Shown: piece by piece, positions 19,308-19,348 of the stretch
Position numbering within the stretch: the stretch's first letter is position 1
How the letters are laid out: every line of letters starts with the position of its first letter
NCBI GenBank assembly: GCA_965644295.1
Contig: CBFFRP010000305.1
Location: forward strand, 1-19,348
Direction: 5' to 3'
Source: Paraphysomonas bandaiensis
Lineage: Eukaryota; Protista; Chrysophyceae
Length of the DNA stretch: 19,348 bases
The notes under the pieces: generated by a model
Told to the model about the DNA's origin: nothing
The model's input: the letters and a program-made list of their open reading frames with translations, nothing else
The model's database searches: none
Translations under genes and position numbers: made by a program

Positions 19308-19348
19308 TGAATGTCTGATTATTTAGCAATAGGCGTTGAGACCTTGCA
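19308..19348 (+). repeat. Diverged partial copy of IR2 arm sequence, running off the window end
   Basis: tgaatgtctgattatttagcaataggcgttgagaccttgca vs 6045-6084 tgaaagtcttattattagcaataggcgttaaaaacctgca; 15-bp exact core ttagcaataggcgtt. Confidence 0.6.

Overview
Eukaryotic nuclear DNA with short GT-AG introns (46-55 nt). The gene content suggests a stramenopile/ochrophyte-like protist (inference). The right two-thirds are host-like. They hold a ~2,600-aa spliced polycystin/REJ-domain multi-pass receptor gene (minus strand, 7169-~15232) and a COPI-associated (TVP15-type) membrane protein gene (minus, 17089-17701). The left 6.4 kb is a rearranged accessory zone with four parts: a 135-bp direct repeat flanking a decayed gene; an AT-rich island that looks like an endogenous DNA-virus fragment (intronless discoidin/F5-8C-like gene 4135-4932 plus a repeat-dense non-coding module with duplicated AAAATTGA and a cGAAg hairpin); a 658-bp inverted copy of that viral-like gene; and an adjacent ~505-bp-arm inverted repeat. 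A third near-perfect foldback (134-bp arms) is built from a Ty3/gypsy-like pol fragment at 15568-15882. The main signal is three near-identical long inverted repeats made from virus-like, transposon or repeat DNA. This is a candidate hairpin-RNA (siRNA) defence locus, but amplification or assembly chimeras must be excluded first. No rRNA, tRNA or CRISPR array was seen. All family assignments come from motif recognition by eye, not database searches.
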